From: Candidatus Krumholzibacteriia bacterium
GTDB lineage: Bacteria; Krumholzibacteriota; Krumholzibacteriia; JAJRXK01
Length of the DNA stretch: 64,000 nt
Assembly: GCA_041484665.1 (NCBI GenBank)
Contig: JBGPIA010000003.1
Span: 10,229-74,228, forward strand
Direction: 5' to 3'
The notes beneath the pieces were generated by a model. It was not told the DNA's origin. It did no database searches and was given only the letters and a program-made list of their open reading frames with translations. Position 1 is the stretch's first letter; each line of letters opens with the position of its first letter. Below are positions 1 to 8,800 of the stretch, in pieces. The position numbers and the translations under genes are program-made.

Positions 1-1
1 G

Positions 2-436
2 ATGTTGGCGCTGGCCACGGCGATCTGCTGCGGTGCCGAAGAAGTGCTGATTCCCGAGCGTCCCTTCGACATGGACGAAATCTGCCGGCGGATCGAGAAG
101 GGCTACGATCGCGGAAAGCACCACGCGATCATCATCGTGGCCGAGGGGGCCAGCCGCGCCAGCCACGTCAGCTACGAGATCCGCGGCCGGCTCGACCGCG
201 AGGTGCGCATGGTCGTGCTCGGCCACATCCAGCGCGGCGGCAACCCCACAGCATTCGACCGCATTCTGGCCTCGCGCCTGGGTACGACCGCGGTGGAACG
301 GCTGGCGGCGGGCGAGCACGGCGTGATGGTGGGATTGGTCGCGGACACGGTGGCGACCTCGCCGCTGATGAAGGAGGACGCGCAGCCGCGCATTCCGCTG
401 GCCGAGTTCCTCCATATCCAGAGCTGGCTAAGCTGA
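2..436 (+). CDS. pfkA: 6-phosphofructokinase, C-terminal part (5' truncated by window)
   Basis: IIVAEG, LGHIQRGG.P...DRILASRLG motifs of ATP-dependent PFK. Confidence 0.93.
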   Translation: MLALATAICCGAEEVLIPERPFDMDEICRRIEKGYDRGKHHAIIIVAEGASRASHVSYEIRGRLDREVRMVVLGHIQRGGNPTAFDRILASRLGTTAVERLAAGEHGVMVGLVADTVATSPLMKEDAQPRIPLAEFLHIQSWLS

Positions 437-457
437 GGCGCTCGCCGGCTGGGCGCG

Positions 458-1507
458 CTACACGGAGAAGCGGAACTCGATCACGTCGCCGTCGGCCACG
501 ATGTAGTCCTTGCCCTCCAGCCGCACCGCACCGGCCGCACGCGCCGCCTTCATGTCTCCGTGGCGGCGCAGATCGTCGTAGGGGACCACCTCGGCCCGGA
601 TGAACCCGCGCTCCAGGTCGCTGTGGATGCAACCCGCTGCGGCCGGCGCGCTCGTCCCGCCCTGGACGGTCCAGGCGCGGCACTCGTCGGGCCCCACCGT
701 GAGGAACGAGATCAGCCCCAGGCTGGCGTAGGTGGCGCGCAAGAAGCGGTCGCGGGCCGGCTCCGTGAGCCCCAGGTGCTCCAGGAACGCCGCGCGCTCG
801 CTCTCGTCGAGGTGGGCCAGCTCGGTCTCGATGGGCAGAGCGCATGCGCACAGCTCGTGGCGCGCCCGCGCGCACGGGTCCGTGAGAACTGCGGGCGGCG
901 GCTGCCCGGCGGCGGCGTCGGCCAGATTGGCGAGCACCACCACGGGCTTGAGCGAGAGGAATTGGTAGCCGCGCAGCTGCCGCTGCTCCTCGGGGTGGAG
1001 CTCCAGGCTGCGTAGGGGTTGCTGTTGCTCAAGATGCGCGCACAGGCGCGCCAGCAGGGGCGCCTGTGACACGGCATCCTTGAGGCCCTTCTTGCGGTCG
1101 GCGGCGATGCGGGCGAGGCGCCGCTCCACCAGCTCCAGGTCGGCGAGCGCGGTGGCGAGCTCGAATTCCTCCAGGTCCCCCGCGCCGCCGTTGCGCTCCG
1201 CGCGGGTGGCGAAGCGCGGTAGCACCAGCGCCAGGGCGTCGCAGGTGCGCGCCTGTGGGAGAGCAAGCAGGCCGCTGAGATCGAGCCCGGCGCAGCGTGG
1301 ATCGCCGCCCAGATCGGCGAAGTCGAGGGTGGCCGGGGTCAACTTGCGCGGGCGGTAGAGCTGCGCCAGCCAGGTCAGGCGCGGGTCGGGGATGCTGACC
1401 ACGGCGTCGAACGGGGCCTTGCCCCGGCGCGCCCCTTCGCCGGCCAGCAGCAACGCGAGCAGCGTGCTCTTGCCCGACTGGGGCTCGCCCACGATCCCGA
1501 CCTGCAT
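458..1507 (-). CDS. ychF: YchF/Obg-like P-loop NTPase, divergent paralog with C-terminal TGS (DUF933-like) domain
   Basis: GIVGEPQSGKST P-loop; PDPRL; C-terminal AAGCIHSDLERGFIRAEV and GKDYIVADGDVIEFRF; GGAGG SD before ATG at 1507. Confidence 0.85.
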   Translation of the reverse strand: MQVGIVGEPQSGKSTLLALLLAGEGARRGKAPFDAVVSIPDPRLTWLAQLYRPRKLTPATLDFADLGGDPRCAGLDLSGLLALPQARTCDALALVLPRFATRAERNGGAGDLEEFELATALADLELVERRLARIAADRKKGLKDAVSQAPLLARLCAHLEQQQPLRSLELHPEEQRQLRGYQFLSLKPVVVLANLADAAAGQPPPAVLTDPCARARHELCACALPIETELAHLDESERAAFLEHLGLTEPARDRFLRATYASLGLISFLTVGPDECRAWTVQGGTSAPAAAGCIHSDLERGFIRAEVVPYDDLRRHGDMKAARAAGAVRLEGKDYIVADGDVIEFRFSV

Positions 1508-1525
1508 GATCGCACCCTCCGGAAA

Positions 1526-1562
1526 CGCACCCACCTCGCGGGACGCCCGCGAGGTGGGTGCG
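1526..1562. terminator. Perfect 17-bp inverted repeat (terminator-like hairpin) between the lipoprotein gene and ychF-like gene
   Basis: cgcacccacctcgcggg-acg-cccgcgaggtgggtgcg; only a short TTT follows on the minus strand. Confidence 0.6.
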
Positions 1563-1586
1563 GCAACGCTGATCAGAGCTTTCGGC

Positions 1587-2438
1587 TCAGGTACCCAGGT
1601 AGCGGTTGGCGTACTTGACCCAACCGATCTGCACGTGTCCGACGACCTTCGTCTTCTGCCGCATCTTCACCGGCAGGGGGTCGGTCAAGGTCATCGCCCC
1701 GATCAGAGGAAGGTTCTCCGCCTGGAGCAGATGCAGCACCCAGTCGAGCTCGGGCGTGACGTTGGCGACCTTGAAGGCGCTCTCGGAGGCCGCGGCCGAT
1801 GTGAGGAACCAGGCCAGCCGCGGCTCGCCCGGGGGCGCCGTTTGCGCTGCCGCCACCGTCGAGTCGGGCGGTTCGACGTCCGGCCGCTGCACCGCGCGCG
1901 CCACGGTCTGGAATTGGCTGTCCACGCGATCCAGGAGAGTCTTTGAGTCGGTGTCCCAGGTGAGCTTCTTGAGGTCGAACCCCGGGATCTCCAGGTTCAG
2001 CTCTTTCTCATTGAGCACCTTGGGGAGCACGGGATCCGGGACCGAGTCCAGCGGCGTGACCGTGGTGCCGTCACGGATCTGCTTGGCGATCAAGTAGACG
2101 AACGGCGAGAACGCCTTCTGGACTCCCAGCTTCTTGCCCGCCAACGTCGGCGCCCGGTTCTCCGCGTCGGGCAGCACGAGGACCTCCAGCAGATTCTTGT
2201 CGCGGATGAGCGCCGTGTTGCCATGGGCGTACACGAACTCCGGGGCATCGATCTCGAACAGGAAGCCCTTGCTCAGGACCGTCCCCCGCGTCACCGCGCG
2301 CAACGTCGCGTGCAGGTAGGGGTCCTTGACCTCTTTCGTCTTCTTGTTGCTTGCGCAGCCCGCCGCGACGAGAGCGACCAGCAGCAGCAGCGCCAGGCTG
2401 CCGACGATGCGCAGACCGTGGCGACGCTTGCAGGGCAT
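1587..2438 (-). CDS. Hypothetical lipoprotein
   Basis: GGAGG SD before ATG 2438; basic N-terminus, hydrophobic stretch, VAAG-C lipobox; Lys-rich composition unlike the shadow ORFs. Confidence 0.75.
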   Translation of the reverse strand: MPCKRRHGLRIVGSLALLLLVALVAAGCASNKKTKEVKDPYLHATLRAVTRGTVLSKGFLFEIDAPEFVYAHGNTALIRDKNLLEVLVLPDAENRAPTLAGKKLGVQKAFSPFVYLIAKQIRDGTTVTPLDSVPDPVLPKVLNEKELNLEIPGFDLKKLTWDTDSKTLLDRVDSQFQTVARAVQRPDVEPPDSTVAAAQTAPPGEPRLAWFLTSAAASESAFKVANVTPELDWVLHLLQAENLPLIGAMTLTDPLPVKMRQKTKVVGHVQIGWVKYANRYLGT

Positions 2439-2532
2439 AAGCACCTCCGTTGGTGATCGACGCCCGTCGGTGGGGTTGGGCGGTCGCGGGTCCGCCGGCG
2501 CTCCCGGAGCGCGGGGCACGTTGCGCGGCGAC

Positions 2533-2562
2533 AGAATAAGGACCTGCGCGCGGCGCTGTCAA
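2533..2562 (-). promoter_or_regulatory. Sigma70-type promoter for the lipoprotein gene
   Basis: TTGACA (2562-2557), 18 bp, TATTCT (2538-2533). Confidence 0.55.
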
Positions 2563-3056
2563 CTCCCACCGGGCGCGCCCGGTGGCAGAGCCGCGGCCGT
2601 CCGGCCGACCATCCGGCGGGCCACCAACGGATCTGCCTGGACCCACTGACCCGGGGGCCAGGCCGCCGTGCGCCCGGACTCCTCGCAACGCAACGATGGC
2701 ACCAGCCACGCCGGGGAGATCTCCAGGCCCGAGACGATCAGCGTGAAGCGCGCCGGCCCTGGGTGATCGGCGGGCAGCAGCGCCTCCAGCGGCAGCTCGA
2801 GGATCGAGGCAGGCTGCACTACGCACTCCTGCTGCCCCAGGCGGCTGCCCTTGGCATCCAGCGCGGTGAGCAGAACGCGGCGTGGCAGCATGTCGCTGGA
2901 CAAGAGAGATAGGATCAGTTCCTGGGCGTCGGGGCCGGGCGCCACGACCTCGGCGAGGCCCGGGGACGCCCAGATCCATACCGACCCGGCCGGGCCCGGG
3001 GCGGGCCGCCCTGCCTGCAACAATCCGGCCATCAGCAGGATCACGCCATGCGTCAT
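2559..3056 (-). CDS. Hypothetical protein, possible signal peptide
   Basis: ATGA overlap with the upstream gene's stop; starts MTHGVILLMAGLLQA; no family recognised. Confidence 0.55.
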   Translation of the reverse strand: MTHGVILLMAGLLQAGRPAPGPAGSVWIWASPGLAEVVAPGPDAQELILSLLSSDMLPRRVLLTALDAKGSRLGQQECVVQPASILELPLEALLPADHPGPARFTLIVSGLEISPAWLVPSLRCEESGRTAAWPPGQWVQADPLVARRMVGRTAAALPPGAPGGS

Positions 3057-3970
3057 CGCCGCTCCCCTTCTGCGCGCGGCGCCCAGGTCGCGACGCCCAG
3101 GCTCCATTGCACGCCGCGCAGCGTGTTCTCCCCACCCAACGGCAGCGACGCGCCGCCCACGAGCCACAGCGTGCCGCACACGCGCAGCGCGGCCTCCGGC
3201 GCCAGGCGCCAGCTACGCTCCGACGCGGACACGGCTCCGGCCGCCGCACCGGAGCAGCCGCCCCCGGCGGGAAGCACGGCGCGCAGCTCGACCTTCCAAA
3301 ACGCAGCGCCGCCGCTCGCGCCCGCCTCCAGCGCCCCCAGCCAGCTGTCGGCGAAGCCCGCGCCGCGCCCACGATACCCGAGCGTGGCGTTGGCATACAG
3401 TGGAAGCGGCCACAGCGACCGCCCCGCCAGGAGGAGCAGCTCCCCCTCGACGTGCCCGCTTCCCGCGGGCAGGTACTGCGTGCGCTGCGCCGGCGGTTTG
3501 CCGAGGTCGGACGCTGGGTAGGTGGGAACCCACAGGCTCGCCTGGGCTGCCCAGGGGCTGCGCCCCTCGTGGAGCGCCAGCCGCGCGCCGAGCTGCAAGT
3601 CCGCGGTCGAGCGCGTGCCGAAGCCCGGCGCGCCGTCGATCCGTTGGTCCTTGAACGCCCACGAGCCGACCAGCGCGAGGCGCGAGCGCACTCCGTACTC
3701 GCCGTACAGGAAGAGCTCCCGGTCCACGTAGTCGCCGCCGGAGGGATCGGCCGGAACGCGCCGACCGTCGCAGTCCACGCGCTCGCTCGCGCGCTGGGTC
3801 AGCAAGCTCAGCTTGAGGATGCCCCCGCCGGGCGGAGGCACCCAAGCGCCCGCCCGGGCGTCGCGGTCGTGCGGTGCCGCGCTCAGCGCCAGCAGCGAGG
3901 CTGCCGCCGCGATCCGCGGCGCACGCAACAGCCGCGCGATGCGCGGCGCGCGGAAGGAAAGCGATCGCAT
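3053..3970 (-). CDS. Putative outer-membrane beta-barrel / transporter-like protein
   Basis: Signal peptide ending ARA-GAW; alternating beta-strand pattern (LFLYGEYG, YANATLGYR, LVGGASLPL, WSLGVATW). Confidence 0.6.
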   Translation of the reverse strand: MRSLSFRAPRIARLLRAPRIAAAASLLALSAAPHDRDARAGAWVPPPGGGILKLSLLTQRASERVDCDGRRVPADPSGGDYVDRELFLYGEYGVRSRLALVGSWAFKDQRIDGAPGFGTRSTADLQLGARLALHEGRSPWAAQASLWVPTYPASDLGKPPAQRTQYLPAGSGHVEGELLLLAGRSLWPLPLYANATLGYRGRGAGFADSWLGALEAGASGGAAFWKVELRAVLPAGGGCSGAAAGAVSASERSWRLAPEAALRVCGTLWLVGGASLPLGGENTLRGVQWSLGVATWAPRAEGERR

Positions 3971-4032
3971 GGTGCCACGGTAGAGGGAACGCGCGGACCG
4001 GGCAAGGCTGCGGCCGACGCGCGCCGATCCGC

Positions 4033-4743
4033 TCAGCCGACCGCGCCGGTGTCGTCGTCGTGGCCCGGCGCCATCCCCGGCGCGCCGGCCCGGGGCAGCG
4101 GCCGCTCGCGCGGCAGGCGTTCGAGCGCAGCCTGCAGCCCGGCGTGCTCGGGATACTGGCCCTCCCACAGCTGGTGGAACGTGTTCCAGTGGCGCGGGAG
4201 CAGCAGCCCGCCGGTGGCGAACGTGCGGAAGAAGTGGCGCCGCCGCTCCGCCAGGCTCAGCCCGGGCTTGCGCCGAGCTTTCAGGCGGCCATCCGTCCAT
4301 ACGTCCCAGCAGGCCGCGAATCCGATGACACGATCGCGCGGCACGCGCGCGGGCAAGACCCGGTGGCGCAACAGGTCGTCCAGTTGCAGGAGGTTGCGGT
4401 GGATCCAGCGGTCGAGCAGGATGCGATCGACGTCGTGCGCCGGGATCTCCCCCAGCTGGTCGGTGGCCAGCGCCGCGCCCCGGCACCGCATCTCGGTCGA
4501 CGGCGTGAGCACGTCCAGTGGCGCGCCGTACAGCGACGCGTGCAGGCGGCCCGCAGCGTCGTGCTCGAAATGCCAGAACCCGCTGCCCTCGAACTCGGGC
4601 GCGTCGAAGGCGACGGTCACCCAAGGCAGCGAGCCATGCAATGGAAGGCTGCGAGCCACCGCGTGCACGAGCTCCGAGATCTCGGCTGCGCGGGGAAACT
4701 CTGGCGGAAACACGTCCACGAGCAGCTCGGCCGCCACGGTCAC
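4033..4743 (-). CDS. Hypothetical protein (start uncertain; GTG 4743 or ATG 4851)
   Basis: Aromatic-rich globular-looking sequence incl. RWIHRNLLQLDDLL and WDVWTDGRL. Confidence 0.65.
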   Translation of the reverse strand: MTVAAELLVDVFPPEFPRAAEISELVHAVARSLPLHGSLPWVTVAFDAPEFEGSGFWHFEHDAAGRLHASLYGAPLDVLTPSTEMRCRGAALATDQLGEIPAHDVDRILLDRWIHRNLLQLDDLLRHRVLPARVPRDRVIGFAACWDVWTDGRLKARRKPGLSLAERRRHFFRTFATGGLLLPRHWNTFHQLWEGQYPEHAGLQAALERLPRERPLPRAGAPGMAPGHDDDTGAVG

Positions 4744-4981
4744 CCACCTTCCCCCATGCGTGCGCGCCGCGGGCCACTGGCCGCGGGCGGCGGTCGGCCG
4801 CCCGCGGGCGCCACCTCCCCCATACTCGCGCAGCCGGCCAAAGGTTTCCATGGGATCCGTGCGGGCCGCAGCGGCGCGTCAGCGTGCTCGCCCGCGCAGC
4901 AGGCGCTGCCCACGCAGCGCGCGCCACGTGCGTCCGATCGCCCGCCGGCTTGGGCTGTGCGGCGCACGCTGATGGGAATTG

Positions 4982-5012
4982 GGAAGGCCCGGTCCACAGG
5001 ACCGGGCCTTCC
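4982..5012 (-). terminator. Perfect 14-bp hairpin downstream of the secreted-protein gene
   Basis: ggaaggcccggtcc-aca-ggaccgggccttcc; about 60 nt after the stop at 5075; weak U tract. Confidence 0.65.
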
Positions 5013-5074
5013 GGCGCGCGCCGGACCGCGGGACGACGCCCTGCGGTCCGACATCCCAGAAAGTGCGGGCGCCG

Positions 5075-5638
5075 CTACTCGCGGTAGAGCGCCTTGACCG
5101 CGCCGAAGCTAGCGGACTCCACCGGCACCGCGGTGGTCAGTGTCGCCGTCTGCGGAGTGAGGTCGACCAGCTGCGGATCGGGGGTTGGACAGGTGGAGAA
5201 ACGCGGAAGGGTCACGCCGGGCTGCGGCACCGGCCACTTGGACACGGTGATCGCGGCGTTGTTGACCGCCGAGAAGGCGAGCACCTGGAGCGTGGACACG
5301 ACCATCACGTCGGTGGAGTTCCACAGCAGCATGCAGTCGGCGAAGCCCATCTGCACGCCGCTCGCGCTGCCCTGCCCGTTCACGAAATTGCCGGCGAACG
5401 TCTCGCCGATCACGATCAGCTCGCTGGGCAGATTGACCTTGTACTCGACGGCCGTCATCTGGTTCTGCACGTCCGTCATGCAGACGTAGAGGTTGAACGG
5501 CGTCGAGGTTCCCTTGGTGGCCGTACTGGTCGTTGCCGCGCTGTCGAAGTAGACGCCGATGTTTCCGGCCTGGGCAGCCGGGGCGCCCAGCAACAGGGCG
5601 AGCGCAGCCAGGGCCGCGATCGTTCTCAAGGACTTCAT
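5075..5638 (-). CDS. Secreted beta-sandwich (cohesin-like?) protein with a C-terminal 'VESASFGAVKALYRE' tail
   Basis: AAGGAG SD; Sec signal MKSLRTIAALAALALLLGAPAAQA; beta-rich mature region with cysteines. Confidence 0.85.
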   Translation of the reverse strand: MKSLRTIAALAALALLLGAPAAQAGNIGVYFDSAATTSTATKGTSTPFNLYVCMTDVQNQMTAVEYKVNLPSELIVIGETFAGNFVNGQGSASGVQMGFADCMLLWNSTDVMVVSTLQVLAFSAVNNAAITVSKWPVPQPGVTLPRFSTCPTPDPQLVDLTPQTATLTTAVPVESASFGAVKALYRE

Positions 5639-5886
5639 GGCTGGATCCGCTCCTTGCGCTTCCGCTTGGGTCCGCGTCACGGGTGGTGCGGGGAGAAGGC
5701 GCCCGGCGTTTGCAAACTGCACGCGCGCGGAGCCGCCTCCCTTGGGTTCTGCGTCGCCACGACGGGGACCCGCGCCCCAGCCGTGACCAGCGTGGGCCGA
5801 GCGCATAACACATGCCGGGCGCGCTGCGGGCGGAAAGGCGGCAATTCCTTCCGGGTCGGTCCGCGCGCAGCTGCGCGGCGAAGCAG

Positions 5887-8800
5887 CTAGAGCAAGCCGG
5901 CGAAGGGGTCGACCTCGGAGTAGATGACGGTGAGCTGGTCGGCCGCACGCGACAGCACGCGGTAGTGCCGGTCGAGCGCCTCATGGCCGGTGCACAGGTG
6001 GATCACGTGGTCCAGCTCAGCGCCGGACAGCTCGCCGGGCTTCAGCAGCCACAGGTGGGCTCCCGGCCCCAGCGGATCGAGCAACGCGCGCGGATCCACC
6101 GCGCGCGCGCACGCACGCCACGAGCGCATCCGGTGCTCCGCGAGGTAGAGATCGAGGCGGCTCTGCGCGGCTCCACTGGCCTGCACGCCCGCCAGCAGGC
6201 GCGCGCGGCGCAGTAGGTCGGCGCCCTCCTGCAGCGACGTCCGCTCGCGCAGACGCGGACCCGCCTCGGCCAGCGCTAACAGCAGCGCGCCCGCACGAGA
6301 CGCGATGGCCACGGGCTCCCCCCGCTCGTGCGCGGCCAACCACTGCCCCAGGGTCTGGGGGTCCGGCGCGGCGAGCGGCTCGCCGGCCGACTGCAGCAGC
6401 AGCGACGCCAGGGCCCCGCGCGTCGCGTCGTCCAGACCGCGCTCCACGTCGTGCACCAGCAGGGCCGCGAGCAGCTCCCGAGGTCCGCTCGCCGCGCAGC
6501 GCGTCACCTCGCCCGCGAGCCAGACGGCCAAGCCCCGCTCGCGCAGTCCCGCGGCGAGCGCGGACAGATCCTCGTCGCTGCCCGCCACGATGCCGGTGCG
6601 CTGGCGCTGCGCGGCGGAATCGGCGAGCAGCTCGCCGATGATGTCGGCGCAAGCCTGGAGGCTGATCCCGCGGCGGCGCGTGAGTCGCCCTTTCTCCTTG
6701 CGGCGCGTTTGCAGCGCATTGCTGGCGTTGAGCTCGCGCACGAGCAGCGCGGAGCCCGCGCGCGCCAACTCGCGCGCGAGGCGGAAGCTCTGGCTCTGCC
6801 CACGTTCGTGGCGGCCGGTGTGCTGCGGGGGCAAGAGAGCCGGATCTGCGGCCGTCCAGCGCTGCGGCTGCGTGAAGAGCAGGTCGATGACGGCCAGCTC
6901 CTGCTCGTCGAAGGCGTCCGCATCGTCCACCAAGACCACGGGGTAGCGGTCGCGCCAGGCTGCGGCAACATCGGTCCGCTCCTCGATCCCTCGGCGCGCC
7001 AGCGCGCACAGTTCGCTGCGGGGGATGCGACCGGCCGCTTCCCGCGCCGCAGCGGCGCAGCGGCGCAGCAGCGGGAGGTCCACAGCGGCCGCGTCCTCGC
7101 CCGCCGCGGCGGCGAGCAGGACCTCGCCCCCCTCGACCACGCGGCGCAGCTCCACCAGATCGAGCGCCGGTGCGCGCCCGGCCGCCTGCGCGTAGCGCCG
7201 GCACGCGTCGGCGACCAGGCGCTTGCGGATCGACTCCCCTTCCGCGGTGGCCTGCGGGGGGAGCAACCGCGGCGACGCCCCAGCGTCGCGCGCGCCTGCG
7301 CGGTGGCGCAACAATGCCAGCGCGAGCTCCTCCCCCGTGGCGACCTCGGGCCGCGGCGCGGTCGCGCCCTGACGGCGCAGCAGCTCCTCGCAGCGCAGCA
7401 GGGAAACGCCGCCAGGGACCAGCAGCAGTGCTTCGCCGCCGCCGCCTGCCCCGCGCGCCGCGGAGAGCAGGCGCGTCGTCTTGCCCGATCCCGGAGCTCC
7501 CAGGATCCAGCCGGGCGGCGGCGTATCATCGTGGCGGTGTGTGGCGAACGCCCCCTGCTGCGGCGCCGCCGCCACGGGAGCGGCGCGGGGCACGGGCCAG
7601 GGCGGCAAGGGCAGGGGGATCTCCACCGCCGCGCCGCGCACCGCGGCGAGCCACTCCTCGCTCGCGCGCGCCGCGGGGCCGACGTCTGCATCGCCGGCGG
7701 CAGTGGGCGACGCGGCCGATTCCGGCGGCGCGTCCCCCGCGGCGAGCCCCTCGCGGCGCAGCCAGGCGAAGAGGGCGCGGCTCGCGCCCGCGGCCCACGG
7801 ATCCTCCTCGAGCTCATCGGGATCGAGGGAGATGGCAGCGGCGGCATCGAAGCGCATCCCCACGGCCTCGGCGCGCGTCACCACTGCCGCAGCGCGGCGC
7901 CGCGCCGTGGCGAGAGCCTCGGTGCGCGCAGCGCCCTCCAGGTCCTCCAGGCGGGCGCGCCGTCCGGTGCGCGGGGACGAGGCCCAAGCCTCCACCGCTG
8001 CCGCCAGCTGCGCCAGCGGCGGCGTGCGCGCCAAAGCGGCCTGCGGACCCAGGCCGCCCCCCACATCCGCAGGCGGTCCGGCCGACAGTGCGCGCTCCAG
8101 CGCGGCGAGCCCCTCGCGCACCCGGAAGTCGACCTCCAGGCGCGTAGCCGCCCAGCGCCAGGCTTCCGGCGTAGACGCGCTGCCGACCTCGTGCGGCGCA
8201 GCGCCCGCGGGCGCGCGCCGCGCCCACAGGAGCGGGTGGTCCAGCACCGTGAGCGCCCCGCCGGGCCGGCCGCTCGCCGCGAGCCGTTCGAGCGCCGCGC
8301 GCAGATACAGCGGATCCTCCGGCAGCGACGCCAGCACCAGCTCACCCTCTGGGATCGGCCCGGTCCAGAGGTCTGCCAGCGCCAGGATGCGCACCGAGAA
8401 GAGCGGCGTTTGGTGTGCATCTCCCGCCAGGAGCGGCGTGCCGACGAGCGCCGCCGCGTCCACGCCCAACAGCGATTGCAGCACCTCGCGCTGCGATCGC
8501 CCGGGCGCCAGCACCAGCCAGGAACCGCGGGTGGAGCGCTGGCCCAGCCAACGCGCCATCTGGCGCAGAAGCGTCGCGCGCTGCAGGTCCTCGTCGCGCG
8601 CGTCGCCCAGCAACGCCGTCCCGCACCGCACACACGCTGCGTAAGCGTTCGCCACCTGCGCCGGCACCGCGCACGCCGGGCAGCGCCAGGGCGGGTCCTG
8701 GAGCGCCACCCGCACGACGCGCCAGGCCTGCGTCACCGCGACCGCTGGCGCCACGCTGCGCACCTCGCCGTCCACGCTCGCCGCCAGCGCGTCGAGCGCG

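Noticed and set aside
7840-7900. TRAEAVGMRFD in the giant protein resembling the Pol I 'ME..G+..D' motif
   Set aside because: Single short match with no other PolA motifs; more likely part of the RecQ C-terminal/linker region
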